DNA of 64,000 nt from Octopus vulgaris (GCA_951406725.2 OX597831.1:79856001-79920000); one strand, 5' to 3'; shown: positions 41,326-55,648, numbered from the stretch's first letter. Notes: generated by a model not told the origin, from the letters alone. Program-made: numbers and translations.

Positions 41326-41328
<3 letters not shown>
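41026..41328 (+). mobile_element. tRNA-derived SINE, family C
   Basis: GGAGGCGCAATCGCCCAGTGGTTAGGGCAG...GGTTTCGATTCCC tRNA-like head; CGAAAACACCTAAAGC and CCACAACTTTCTCT body shared with 56623-56920. Confidence 0.85.
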
Positions 41329-41365
<37 letters not shown>

Positions 41366-43559
41366 TTAATTTTTGTTTCTATGTCAAGTTATAAAATCAG
41401 TTTAACAACATTAGACTGAAGGATTATTCATTACTTTTTAGGAGATAAATAGCGGACACGTTTGTCAAACGATTGCTAAGAATTGTTTTACAGGGATTTC
41501 GAAATTTCGGTGTGGTCGCCTCTCTCACATTGATAATATATTCATATTGATATATATATATAATGTATGTATTTATATATATAATTTTATGCCTGCGTCT
41601 ACGTATTTACATTTGCTGTATATATGCGGACGTGTATATCTTGAGCATGTGTGAATAGTATATATTACGTTGTTATTCATAACATTCACTTTCAGTCGTA
41701 TACACGTTCCTGTATATTTATTTTATTATTGTTATTATTGTTGTAAATAATGACAACAATGACGACGACGATGACAACTATATCAATTTTTTTGTTGTTT
41801 TCTGAGAATTTTTTAAATACATTTTTTCACGTTATTTTTCTGTTTATATATTTTTTATATTCATTTTTTTACTTCTTTAAACCGTTGGAACATATTTATG
41901 CTTCTCATTTTTTATTTATTTTGTTTTCGTTGTTATATATTGTTAATTATATCGCATCTTGTTGTTGTCGTTGTTGTTGTTGTGCCGTATGCTGCTGTAG
42001 ACTCCTCTCCGAAATAAAAGAATGGTAAAAACCAGAAAGTATTGTATTCAAACAAACTGATCAAAATATTTCTGGCAAATATTTGAAAAATAAAAAAAAA
42101 TGAAACATGGCCGTTTTGTTTTGTTTTGTTGTTTTTTTTCATCTTCATCTCTACACTATCCACATCCCGTTCTTTCTTCTTCTTCTTCTTCTTCTTCTTC
42201 TTCTTCTTCTTCTTCTTCTTCTTCTTCTTCTTCTTCTTCTTCTTCTTCTTCTTTTTCTTCTTCTTCTTCTTCTTCTTCTTCTTCTTCTTCTTCTTCTTCT
42301 TCTTCGTTCGCTTCTGTTTCAGTTGCTTCTCCTTTTACCATAAACTACTACTCTTACTACTACTACTACTAATACTACTACTAATAATAATAATAATAAT
42401 GTTCTTTCCCTCTTTGTGTCACTTTCACACCCTTCACTACGTCACTGTTCCTTTTTCCTTAGTCTTTTCCGTCTCTCTCTTTTTCTCTCTCTTTCTCTCT
42501 CTCTCTCTTCTCAACATCAGATTTAAAATAACTCAGAAAATGCAGAAGAAGAAGAAGAAGAAGAAGAAGAAGAAGAAGAAGGAAGGGGAGGAGGAGGAGG
42601 ACTGACAACAACAAAAGCGATGGTAGTGGTGGTGGTGATGATGATGATGATGGTGGTGGAGGTGGTGGTGGTGGTGGTGGTGATCATCATCATCACCATC
42701 AACAGTATCATAACCAGCATCATCATAACAACGTAAGATGGGAAAAAAAACAACACGTGAACGAAATACCGTAAGAAAAATAATTGACAAAGATGAAGGG
42801 AACAAGAGCTGGAAACGGTGAGTAGAAGTGGGAGGAGGACGAGAAGGAGAAAGAGGAGGAGGAGGGGGGTAAAGCGGGGTGGTGGGGGTGGGGTGGGTGA
42901 GGAGAAGGCGATGATGTTGATAATCGGGATGCTGATGATGGTAGCGATGGTTGTACTGCGGTGCTGGTAAGGGATGGTGGAGGAGAAAAAACAACGCAGA
43001 GGTGGTGGTGGTGGTGGTGGTGGTGGTGGTAGCGGGGTGGCGTAGTTTTAGGTGTTGGTAATGAGGATTATTGTGAATGACGTAGGGAAGACAGGTGGGA
43101 GTGGGGTGGGACTGGGGTGAATGAGAAGAATAAGAATGAAACGACACAAGAACACCAGAATACAAGAATAAAAGCTCATAAGAATTTAAGAATGTATATT
43201 TAGAAACTCATGAAAATAATAAGAATGACAAAAATTATTTCAATTATCAAATTTTAGGAATAGAAAGAGGAACTGGAACGCATGTTAGAATACGGTCATA
43301 CTGGAGCACCGACATTATTGGGTTTAGGAGTTCATATTGAATGTTTAGCTTTTGTTTTTGATTCTGATTTCGTTTGGTGGAACTATTTTTGCGTTCCCTG
43401 CACAATATGTTTTGACTTGTTTCAACCGAGACGCCAACATTATAATCTTGAAGATATTTCCAAGAGATGTTTGTAGTGTTATATGTATGTATGTATGTAT
43501 GTATATGCACACTCACTTACAAACATATACACGCACATACGTACATACATATATACATA

Positions 43560-43747
43560 TACGAAGGAGTGTTGCAAAAATCATTGCCTTTAAGGACATC
43601 ACTGTAGATCTGGCTGGAGGCCCAACTTTCCAGGTTCTTAGAGGGCTTCGAAAAACTGAAGGACCACAAAGTTTGTGAGTCTAAGAGGAGATTATTCGAA
43701 TAAAAATATAACTGATTGTCCCATATGTTCTATTACCCAAAGACAGG

Positions 43748-43753
<6 letters not shown>
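43560..43753 (+). mobile_element. Mariner-derived MITE (degenerate copy of 3193-3409)
   Basis: TACGAAGGAGTG end; TTAGAGGGCTTCGAAAAACTGAAGGACCAC; ACCCAAAGACAGGAATTTT. Confidence 0.7.
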
Positions 43754-43812
<59 letters not shown>

Positions 43813-44231
43813 TATTATATACATATATATATAGATAGATAGGTAGGTAGGTAGGTAGCTAGATAGATAGATAGATAGACTTACGAGAATGAACACGAGT
43901 TGTACGTGTTCGCGTTCCTTTGTATTTTTAATCATATTTTATAAATACATAGCTACACACACACACAAACACTCACTCATACACGCACACACACACAAAC
44001 ACTCACTCATACACGCACGCACGCACACACACACATATGCATACATCGTTTGTGGAAGGTAAGTATTTCATCAGGAACTCTTCTATTTTTCTGTGTCTTC
44101 ATTTTTTTCGCAGTGCTTTTAATATTTAACCAAAAGAAATTTGCTTATGAAATTATCTTTGATGAATAATATTCATTATTCCATTTAGAAATTCAACCAT
44201 TGAATATCTCACGTGTATATACCTATGCAAT

Positions 44232-44277
<46 letters not shown>

Positions 44278-44309
44278 AGCATATATATATGTATATATAT
44301 ATATATATA

Positions 44310-44357
<48 letters not shown>

Positions 44358-44842
44358 CATACATATATACATACATAGACATATTGTGCATATATATGTA
44401 TGCACGCATGTACAGACGTCTATGTATATGAGAAAATGTGTGTGTGTGTGTGTGAGTGTATTTATCTGTCTTTCTATTTATTTCTCTATGTATATACACA
44501 TACATATATACATAAGTATGAGTATGTGTGTATGTGCGTATATACAAGTATATATATATATACGTTACATACATGCCTAAGTATATCCTTTCTATTATAG
44601 GTACACGCATAGATGTAGACATACACACAAACACACATACACATACACACACAAACTGGCAGACAGACAGATAGTAGATAGATAGATAGATTGATTGATT
44701 GATTGATCGACATTTACAGAATGCTTATATATTTATCCAGGTTCGCATGCACGTATATGTGTGTGTGTTTGCGCATGCATCCATATTTGTACGTATGTAT
44801 GTACATGCATACACACACATATAATATATATATATGTATATA

Positions 44843-44928
<86 letters not shown>

Positions 44929-45509
44929 GCGTATCCCTGTGTGCCAAATGTATGTGTCTATGTTCGTGTGTGTGTGTGTATAAGGCCCCGGCATGCATAA
45001 ATAAACTCCATCTTTACAAAAATGGCGAATGTTTTTATCACGACTATGGTGTATAAGAGAAACAATGATCACATCCGTTCTTTTCATTACCCTCACGTAC
45101 ACCACGCCGGAATGTCATTTTGGTTTTTTGAAACGCCTGTTTTTGCTATACACAAGCATCATTTAACCATGTTTGATAGACATACATATCACCACACACA
45201 TATGCACACTCACATACGCACGCACACACACGCACACACACACATATAGGTATATAAAATTACATGTGATATGTATAGTTATTTGTTTACATATATATAT
45301 ATATATATATACGGATATAAATATACACATATCTATACACACACACATATGAATTTATATACATATGTATTACGTATATTTATATATATTCCTCTAAACG
45401 CTAACCATTTAACTTTAATTATTCATCGCTTAATCTGATAGTTTAATGCTATCATCTAATATGTACGTGTGTGTGTATATAAAATATATATTCATATATA
45501 ATTATATAA

Positions 45510-45573
<64 letters not shown>

Positions 45574-45595
45574 ATACATATATATATATAAAACG

Positions 45596-45870
45596 TAGGT
45601 ATGTTTCGACCAAAGATTGGTCCAGGCAATGTCTAACTTAATAGCACCGCCTGATAGGATTATCTAAATCCTTTTAAAGCCAAGTTTTGTGATATCGTGC
45701 TCCATTTGAGTAGGGAGTTCTTGTTGAGTGAGTTGTATCCAGGTATGGGTGGCTTATCTGGTATTCCTTGAAGAAATTTGTCCAGATTCCGTTTAAAGGT
45801 GACGAGATCCTTTTCCTCTTTGATCTGTTTCGGGACAATGTTAAACAAGGCGTGGTCTGTTGAGGAAATA
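45596..45870 (-). mobile_element. CR1/L2-group LINE 3' end fragment
   Basis: LFNIVPKQIKEEKDLVTFKRNLDKFLQGIPDKPPIPGY...NSLL is a typical ORF2 C-terminus; short 3' UTR ending in hairpin GACCAA-TCT-TTGGTC-GAAAC. Confidence 0.75.
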
Positions 45871-45897
45871 ATATTTTTGTATATATATAATATATAT

Positions 45898-46044
45898 ATC
45901 GCTTCTCGGCCTTTTGGCTAAGATCAAATATAGTATCTGTTCTTATGAGCTTAATATCTGATACAGCTCCTATTTGGGGCCATCGATAATAAACTGATTT
46001 TTAGAACGAGGTAAAGTGTTAGGGGCTTGCTCAGCCTTTGCCAC
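45898..46044 (+). pseudogene. U2 snRNA pseudogene, 3'-truncated
   Basis: ATCGCTTCTCGGCCTTTTGGCTAAGATCAA is the U2 5' end; TAGTATCTGTTCTTAT..., TTAATATCTGATAC, Sm-like GATTTTTA and GGGGCTTGCTC follow; stem-loop IV absent; the upstream sequence is a LINE fragment and (TA)n rather than a promoter. Confidence 0.92.
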
Positions 46045-46057
46045 TCTTATTTTATAA

Positions 46058-46225
46058 GCGTAGGAGTGGCTGTGTAGTAAGTAGCTTGCTTACGAATCAC
46101 ATGGTTCCGGGTTCAGTACCACTGAGTGGTATCTTGGGCAAGTGTCTCCTAACTATTGCCTCGGGCCCAACAAAGCCTTGTGAATGGATTTGGTAGACGG
46201 AAACTCAAACAAGCTCGTCGTATTT
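46058..46225 (+). mobile_element. SINE family B, 5' half
   Basis: GCGTAGGAGTGGCTGTGTAGTAAG...GGATTTGGTAGACGGAAACT. Confidence 0.85.
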
Positions 46226-47199
46226 ATATATATATATATAAGTATGTATATAGCACAACCACAAAAATGGCCACCACTGCAACCACTATATCTGTCAATG
46301 CCACCATCAGAAACATTACCATCACAACCAGAAGCTACCACCAATAGCAAAACGGACACCTTCAGCGCCACCATCAACACAGTCTCTGTTCGCTTCTACC
46401 ACAAACCCGAATTCAGTAACCACCAACATCATCACCATCAACAACACACTACCACTATCAACACCAACACCAGCTACAACAACAACACAACTTCTCCCAC
46501 TAAATCCACTATCAACAACAACTACAACCAACACCACTACCAACAACAGCACCACAAATGTTACCAGCTACGCCAACAGTCGCAATCACTCCAACATCAA
46601 CAATTATTACAACTACAACTTCAATCCTAAACAACATCGTCACGCATTTACTACCACCACCACCACCAACGAGAACAACAACAATAACGACATCACCATC
46701 ACAGACATAACCTATACTAGAATTTCTCTCTTTTTTATATCGTGTAACACATACAACTAAGACAAGATTTGAAAACAAATACACAGACACATATACACAC
46801 AAACACACACTCGGCAGCACACACGCTTACAAACAGATACGGAGACCCAAAAAGAAATAAATCGAACACACATACATGCGAATAAACACACACATACATG
46901 CATATGCGCAAACCTATATACACACACACGAACAAACACGCACTTGGCACATAACACCACACACATACTTAATGCTACTAACGCATGGATGTTAGATTTA
47001 CGCAGTGGTAGTTCACTCGATGGAATATATACATATATATACATATATACAGCCACATATATATATATATATAGATATATATATACACATGCACACACAC
47101 ACACACATATACATATATATATACACACGTGCATACATATATATCTGTATATATATGTGCATAAATATATATGTATGTATATATATAAATATATATACA

Positions 47200-47253
<54 letters not shown>

Positions 47254-47406
47254 GAGGCACACATTTATTCGCCTTCACCACAAACCCGAACTCAGCAACC
47301 GCCAGCATCATCACCAGCAACAACAGATTAACACTAAATCCACTATCAACAACAACTACAACCAGCACCACTACCAACAACACCACCACAAATGCTACCT
47401 ACTACG

Positions 47407-47440
<34 letters not shown>

Positions 47441-47451
47441 TAAATATATAA

Positions 47452-47520
<69 letters not shown>

Positions 47521-47535
47521 TGTCTATATACATAC

Positions 47536-47659
<124 letters not shown>

Positions 47660-47832
47660 ATGAATGAGGCACGGCCCAATACATAGGCTGGTAGAAACTC
47701 GCAAGCAGACACATCACCATGCAGACTGCACACACCGACAGCCACACGCAGGGAAAAGCAGAAACATATAAACAGAACACATCGGCGCCCAAACTGCAGA
47801 AACCTACAAAGAAATCCATAACACACGCAAAT

Positions 47833-47885
<53 letters not shown>

Positions 47886-47997
47886 AACAGATTCGTTGTT
47901 CAAGACTCGATCGGTTCAAACTCTCAAAAACCACACACAAGTAAGAATCAAACTCATAAACATACAAACACACCAACACATGCACACGTATGTACAT

Positions 47998-48130
<133 letters not shown>

Positions 48131-48458
48131 ATGCACAAACAAATGTATATGACATGTAAAACATGGAGGGAGGAGGTTCAGCCTCGATTTTTACAAAGAC
48201 CAATCTTAATTAAAGCATATTAATAAAGCAATCTTTGGAAACTTTGATCTTTACTCTCATGCACCTCTCATCTCTTAATTAATGATTTACAACGCGAGAT
48301 GTTATTTTCGCTTTCATACATACATGCATACAAATATATGCATACTATGGCTGTGTGCGTGTGTGTGCGTGTGTGTGCGTGTGTGTGTATATGTATGTAT
48401 ATACATTTATCCATGAATACAAACACATTTAGATGTGTATGTGTATATTGATAGATAC

Positions 48459-48489
<31 letters not shown>

Positions 48490-48504
48490 GATAGATAAAT
48501 AGAT

Positions 48505-48541
<37 letters not shown>

Positions 48542-48618
48542 TACAGACATGCATACAGACAGACAGATAGAGACATACATACATACATAGAGAGATAGAT
48601 ATATATATATATATATAT

Positions 48619-48705
<87 letters not shown>

Positions 48706-48706
48706 T

Positions 48707-48771
<65 letters not shown>

Positions 48772-48787
48772 CTGATAGATAAGTGCA

Positions 48788-48986
48788 AGCGTGGCTGTGT
48801 GGTAAGAAGCTTGCCTCCCAACCACATGGTTCCGGGTTTAGTCTGCGTTGTATCGGGTAAGTGTCTTCTACTATAGCCTCAGGATTCTTTCAGTTTCCGT
48901 CCACAAAATCCACACACAAGGCTTTGGACGGCCAGAGGCTATATGTAGAAGTGATGGTGTGTTAGGACAAACACAGACTCACATAT

Positions 48987-49057
<71 letters not shown>

Positions 49058-49240
49058 ATCGCTTGACAATCGATGTTGGTGTGTTTACGTCTCCGTTAAC
49101 CAGCGGTTCGGCAAATGCCGCCGATAAAATAAGTACTAGGCTTATAAAGAATAGGTCCTGGGGTCAATTTGTTCGACTAAAGGCGGTGCACCAGCGTAGC
49201 CGCAGTCAAATGACTGAAACAAGTGAAAGAACTAAAGAAT
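48788..49240 (+). mobile_element. SINE family B with internally inverted middle segment
   Basis: Head 48788-48882 and tail 49055-49240 are on +; 48885-48980 (CTTTCAGTTTCCGTCC...CAAGGCTTTGG...GACAAACACAGAC) is in reverse orientation. Confidence 0.75.
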
Positions 49241-49429
49241 ATATTCAAACCTGTCTACACCCCCATCGAGTGAAGAATCTTGTAAGCGCATCTGAGTCCA
49301 TCTTTCCCTGTTGCATTATCCATTGTGGTGAGTGCTAAGTAACACACAAATATCTATGTATTCACGTGTGTGTCTTAAGTTGTGTTTTATCTACAGGGCG
49401 GAAACCTATCCATTATGTATACTTGTGTA

Positions 49430-49800
49430 TTCTAGGCACAAAGCCCTAAATTTTGGGGGAGTGGAGTACGCAACTGGTACTTAATTAATCGATCCCGAAA
49501 GGATGTAAAGCAAAGTCGACCTCGGCGTAATTTGAACTCAGGACGTAAAGACAGACGAAATACCTCTAAGCATTTCGCCGGGCTTGCTAACATGTGTGTC
49601 AGCTCCCCGCCACTTTGTTTTTTGCTCTAGGCACAAGGCCCTAAATTATTGGGTAGTGGGGAACTAATCGATTAGATCGACTCCAGTACGCAACTGGTAA
49701 TTAATTTATCGACTTCGAAAGGATGGAATGCGAAGTTGACCTCGGCGGAATTTGAACTCAGAACGTAAAGACAGACGAAATACCACTAAGCATTTCGTTC
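49430..49800 (-). mobile_element. Two tandem SINE family A copies
   Basis: CTAGGCACAA.GCCCTAAATT and GACCTCGGCG.AATTTGAACTCAG.ACGTAAAGACAGACGAAATACC each occur twice. Confidence 0.85.
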
Positions 49801-49834
49801 CACATGTGAGGAAAATGTATACGTGGGTATTCTA

Positions 49835-50340
49835 TTATTCTTTGATTTGTTTCAGTCACTTGATTGCGGCCATGGTGGAGCACCGCTTTTTTTTCGACCT
49901 CAGAACCTATTCTTTGTAAAGCCTAGTACTTATTCTATCGTTCACTTTTGCCGAACACAGCTAAATTACGGGGTCGTAAACACACCAAGATCGGTTGTCA
50001 AGCGATGGGCAAGAACACAAACACACAATACAAACATGCATTTATATATATATATATATATATACATATATATATACATATATATAAATATATGTATGTA
50101 TGTATGTATGTATTGTATGTATGTATGTATGTATGTGTGTGTGTATGTGCGTATGTATTATGTATGTATGTATGTATGTATGTATACGATGGGCTTCTTT
50201 CAGTTTCCGTCTTCCGAATCCCCTCACAAGGCTTTGATTGGCCCGAGGTTATAGTAGAAGACACTTGCTCAAGATACCACGCAGTGCGGCTGAACCCAGA
50301 CCCATGTCGTTGGGAAGCAAGATTCTTACCACAAAACCAC
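49835..50340 (-). mobile_element. SINE family B
   Basis: TTGTTTCAGTCACTTGATTGCGGCCATGG tail to GATTCTTACCACA head on + strand. Confidence 0.8.
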
Positions 50341-50516
50341 ATTAAAATGTGTTTGTATGTTTGCATTTGTGTGCGTGTATATGTGTGTGTGTATTCATTT
50401 ATATAGGTATGTATATGCCAGTCTGGCCCATGGCCTAGTGGTCAGCATACGCCAGTCACGATTGCCAGATCATCGGTTCGAGTCCATCTCATCTGAATGC
50501 TTTGTATACATAAGAT

Positions 50517-50716
50517 TCTTGGTTTTAAAGGTTTCACGAAAGGGCTGGCTGGAGGCCCAAACTTCCGAGTTCTTTTACAGGGTTTAGAAAGACGGAAGGA
50601 CCGCTGCAATAAATGTGTGAATCTGAGAGGAGAATACGTCGTATAGAATCATAATTAACTGGTCCTCCTGTATTTTCTTTTACCCAAAGCCAGGAAATTT
50701 TCAGTACTCCTTCGTA
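50517..50716 (+). mobile_element. Mariner-derived MITE (third copy)
   Basis: GAAGGACCGCTGCAATAAATGTGTGAATCTGAGAGGAGAATACG (KDRCNKCVNLRGEY); right TIR CCCAAAGCCAGGAAATTTTCAGTACTCCTTCGTA. Confidence 0.78.
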
Positions 50717-50877
50717 TACATACATACACACATACATACATACATACATACATACATACATACATACATACTTACATACATACATACATACATACATATA
50801 CATACATGCATGCATTCATACATGCATACATACAATCATGCATGCATACATGCATACATACATGCATGCATACATAA

Positions 50878-51414
50878 ATGGTGGCTGCCTCCTCGTTATC
50901 GAGTATGGTCATTACACGAAGCTTAATCAATGTTGTTATCGTGCAATGCCTGTGCAAGAAGATTTTTTTCATTGTGAGGAAAGGCTGTGCACTGAGTCAA
51001 TCCCACTCACTAAGCAACAGCAGCCATAATCCGAAAAGAAGAACAAGTCAACATCATCGGTAACCACTGAGCCGCAGGTTTTATGACGGAGTTATCCCAG
51101 TTACCTGAGTTACCTTCTCCTAGAAGAATGCCCTAACAAAGGCTGGGAGTCCTTCACTTCCAATGGTTTAGCCGCGCGATCGGGTATTCAGTCCGATTAT
51201 TTCTACGTCCCCGCGCATGATCCAGCCTTAAAACATTTATTGGTTGGCCGTTGACTCTCAAGAGTTCCTCTGCTCTTTGACGGCTTTTGTTTTTCATCCC
51301 GCAGGGTGTCCAATAAACACCCTCCTCACCAAGCAAGCTTGGTGGGGTTGCCGGTTTAGTCGCCGACGAACCGACCATGCAACAGGTTGTACTGGGTTAC
51401 ATGTTACCAGTAGC
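50878..51414 (-). mobile_element. Probable non-autonomous RTE-derived element (5' UTR plus 3' end, no ORF)
   Basis: GC-richer island between (TACA)n arrays; hairpin-rich 5' end (CACCAAGC-AA-GCTTGGTG; AGGGTGT...ACACCCT); GAGTTACCTTCTCCTAGA block and terminal CGAGGAGGCAGCC resemble RTE UTRs (from recall, not an alignment). Confidence 0.45.
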
Positions 51415-52204
51415 ATACGTACATACATACATACATACAAAAATACATACATACATACATTCATACATGCATACATACATGCATATATGCATACATGCAT
51501 GCATGCATACATACATGCATACATACATATACACATACATACATATACACATACATACATACATATACATACATGCATGCATACATACATACATACTTAC
51601 ATACATACATGCTTACATACATACATGCATACATACATGCATGCATGCACACCTACATACATACATACATACATGCATGCATACATACACATATACATAC
51701 ATACATACATACATACATGCGTGCATACATACATATATACACACATATACATACATACATGCATGCATACATACATACACACATACATACATACATACAT
51801 ACATACATGCATACATGCACACCTACATACATACATATATATACATGAAATGAGATATGAGAGAAAACAGATGGCATTCACGAGGCACGTTTCGACCCAT
51901 CGTGCACCGGTGATGATGGTGGAAAAGCACAGACACATGTAGATGTATACATGTTGGAGTGTGTGCATGTGCGTGTGTGTGTGTGTGTGTGTGTCTGTGT
52001 GTGTGTGGTGGGCTTCTGGTTTCCGCCTACTATATCCAGTGGCAAAGTTTGGCCTGCACGAGGTTACAGTAGAAGACTCCTGCCTAAGGCGCCGCGTAAT
52101 GGGATTGAACCCAGGATTATGTGGTTGGGAAATAAACTCCTTACCATATAGCCACGTCATACATGTATGTGGGGCGATTTCTGCTTGTGTGTATGTCCGC
52201 TTGT

Positions 52205-52432
52205 ATACATGCGTGCATGTGTGAGATCGTGTGTGTGACATGTGTGTATGTGTGTACCATATCGTGTGTCTACATGTGTGTATGTGCGAGATCGTGTGTG
52301 TGTATATGTGTATATGTGTGAGATCGTGTGTGTGTACATGTGTGTATGTGTGAGATCGTGTGTGTGTACATGCGTGTATGTGTGAGATCGTGTGTGTGTA
52401 CATGTGTGTATGTGTGAGATCGTGTGTGTGTG
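52205..52432. repeat. 32-bp minisatellite (GAGATCGTGTGTGTGTACATGTGTGTATGTGT)
   Basis: GAGATC anchors at 52288, 52320, 52352, 52384 and 52416, plus degenerate units at 52223 and ~52260. Confidence 0.9.
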
Positions 52433-53234
52433 TGTGTCTTTATGTCTTGACTTTGTCACCTATCCACTGTTTCACAACCGTTATTAGTTCGTTTACATCC
52501 ACGCAATGTTGCGTTCTGACAAAAGAACCCGACAGAATAAGTACTAATGTTAAAAAAAAATAAACAAACGAAAAACAAACCTAAAACCTAAAACAGTCCT
52601 AAAACCCAACAACAACCGCAACACCAACAATGACAACAGCAAAGCTGAGATGCACGAATGATCCGATACACGAGTGCTGCAACGGACCGCCAATTTCAAA
52701 ACCTCAGAAAAACATAAACCAATAATCACCCCACCCCCCTATTTTTTTTCTTTTGGTTTTGTTTTCAACTTTCACTTTCACTTTCCTCATAATACTTCCT
52801 GAACAGGAAACAACTCAAAAACCATTTGTTGTTTTTGTTGTTATTGCTTTTTGTTGTTTCCAAGCAACGCCGTTATAGCGCCGCCGTTGTGACACGTGAC
52901 TATGACGCAATGAAATTCACGGCAAGCATCGAAATCACTTCCGCTTTTCACACAACACAATCGCAAGTGAATCTATATCCGCCAACCACATTATCGACGC
53001 CATTTCTATAACGATTTTATTTTATTTTCCTTTATTTATTTATTTATTCGTTTTTCTTTCACTCTTTTTCATTCTTTCTCTTTCTCTTTCTTACGGACTT
53101 CCTTTATTTACATTTCGATTGTCATTCTCTTTCTGTTTGTTCTTCTTTGTTACTCATTCTTCTACATTTTGTTGTTGTTGTTGTTGTTGTCGTTGTTCTT
53201 CTTCTAATTCTCCTTCTCCTTCTTCTTCTTCCTC

Positions 53235-53266
<32 letters not shown>

Positions 53267-53972
53267 TTATAGTCATATCGTATTCCACCCCTTTTCTCCT
53301 TTCCTTCTCTCATCTTGTATGCAACCTCCCACCACCCACCCACCCCCACCCCACCACCACAAATTTGTACAGCGGTCTTGTACAACTGACTTGATACCCC
53401 TGCGGCAAATGAAAGGGATCCACAGTGATTATCATCATCATCATCCTCTCATCCTCATCATCATCATCGTCATCGTCATCGACACCATCATCTTCATCAT
53501 CATCATCCTCATCCTCCTCCTCATCATCATCATCATCATCACCATCATCCTCATCATCCTCATCATCGCCATCCTCATCATCATCAATAATCATCCTCAT
53601 CATCATCATCATTATCATCAACGCCACCATCATCACCTTCGCCATCGTCATCATCATCGTCTTCGTTATTATTATTAATATCATTATTATTGTATTGTTG
53701 TTGTTGTTGTTAGTATTTCTACTACTACTACTACTGCTATTGCTACTACTACCATTGTGTTCCTTCTTTCTCTCCTTCCTCACCACTATTCCTTTATTAG
53801 TTCATTATAATGCATATAGTCATATTATCATATTCCCCCTTCATATACCCGCCTCGTGTATCTGTGTACGTGCGCACATAATATTGAATCCGTACACACG
53901 TAAACACGTGTTTGTATTCATATAAATGCATATATACAAGTATATATCCTATATACGTGTATATATTGCATG

Positions 53973-54036
<64 letters not shown>

Positions 54037-54259
54037 TATATATATATGTGTGTATATCTATATGTGTGTGTGTGTATGTATATATATACACTTATATATG
54101 CATGTCAAATGCGTGTCGCACGTTAGTCAGTATTCCGAGTCGTTCACTGATGCTTGTTTTATGGTTTAACATAGCCACCCACGCCCCATTATGCTGTTAT
54201 ATTAACACTCACCCGCACATACACACCACCTCATTCCTCCATATACATACATACATACA

Positions 54260-54366
<107 letters not shown>

Positions 54367-54369
54367 ATA

Positions 54370-54412
<43 letters not shown>

Positions 54413-54989
54413 ACAGGCATACATGTTTGGGTAGACAGATACACACATACACACGTGTGTATGGGCTGTGCGTGTATGTGTGCACATACCCCAAAAAAGC
54501 GTGCAAACACAAATAAAATCTCTTCTTTCTTTTGTGTATCGCATTGGGACAAAACATTTTAAAATTTAAAAATGTTTAAGTTCCGTAAATAAAACCAGAA
54601 AAAGAACACCACAATCAAAACCAACAACAACAGCAACAACACTAGCATTTACAAAAACAATGTCCGTGTATGTGACACACAGACAAGCAGCCAAGCAAGA
54701 AACCAGCCGACCACGAAAGCGACCAATGAAACAAAGAACTCTTAATAAAAGCGGTAAGTCCTTCACAGGGCTGACCGCATCCGACCACAAATTTGCCCAC
54801 TGGACCGGTTGAAACCAGTCGGGTTTACCACAATAACGTCCGAGAAAGCGGAAGCTGGAAAGCTACTTAACCGATTCCCCTGTGTTTTTTTTTTTTTTTT
54901 TTTTTTTTTTTTGCAAGTTGTCGATGAAAGTTTCATATTTGTCAAACCTGCATCGATGGAAAAGAAAAAGAAAAACAACATTGATAAAT

Positions 54990-55648
<659 letters not shown>

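Noticed and set aside
45600-45625. Hairpin followed by GAAAC as a possible hammerhead
   Set aside because: There is no CUGANGA in the right position; it is the LINE 3'-terminal stem-loop.
45898-46044. U2 copy as the target site of U2-specific retrotransposons (Utopia/Keno)
   Set aside because: The U2 sequence is continuous across the 5' region where those elements insert, and no such element follows it.
52205-52432. Regularly spaced repeats resembling a CRISPR array
   Set aside because: The units are tandem with no unique spacers, the context is eukaryotic, and there are no cas genes.
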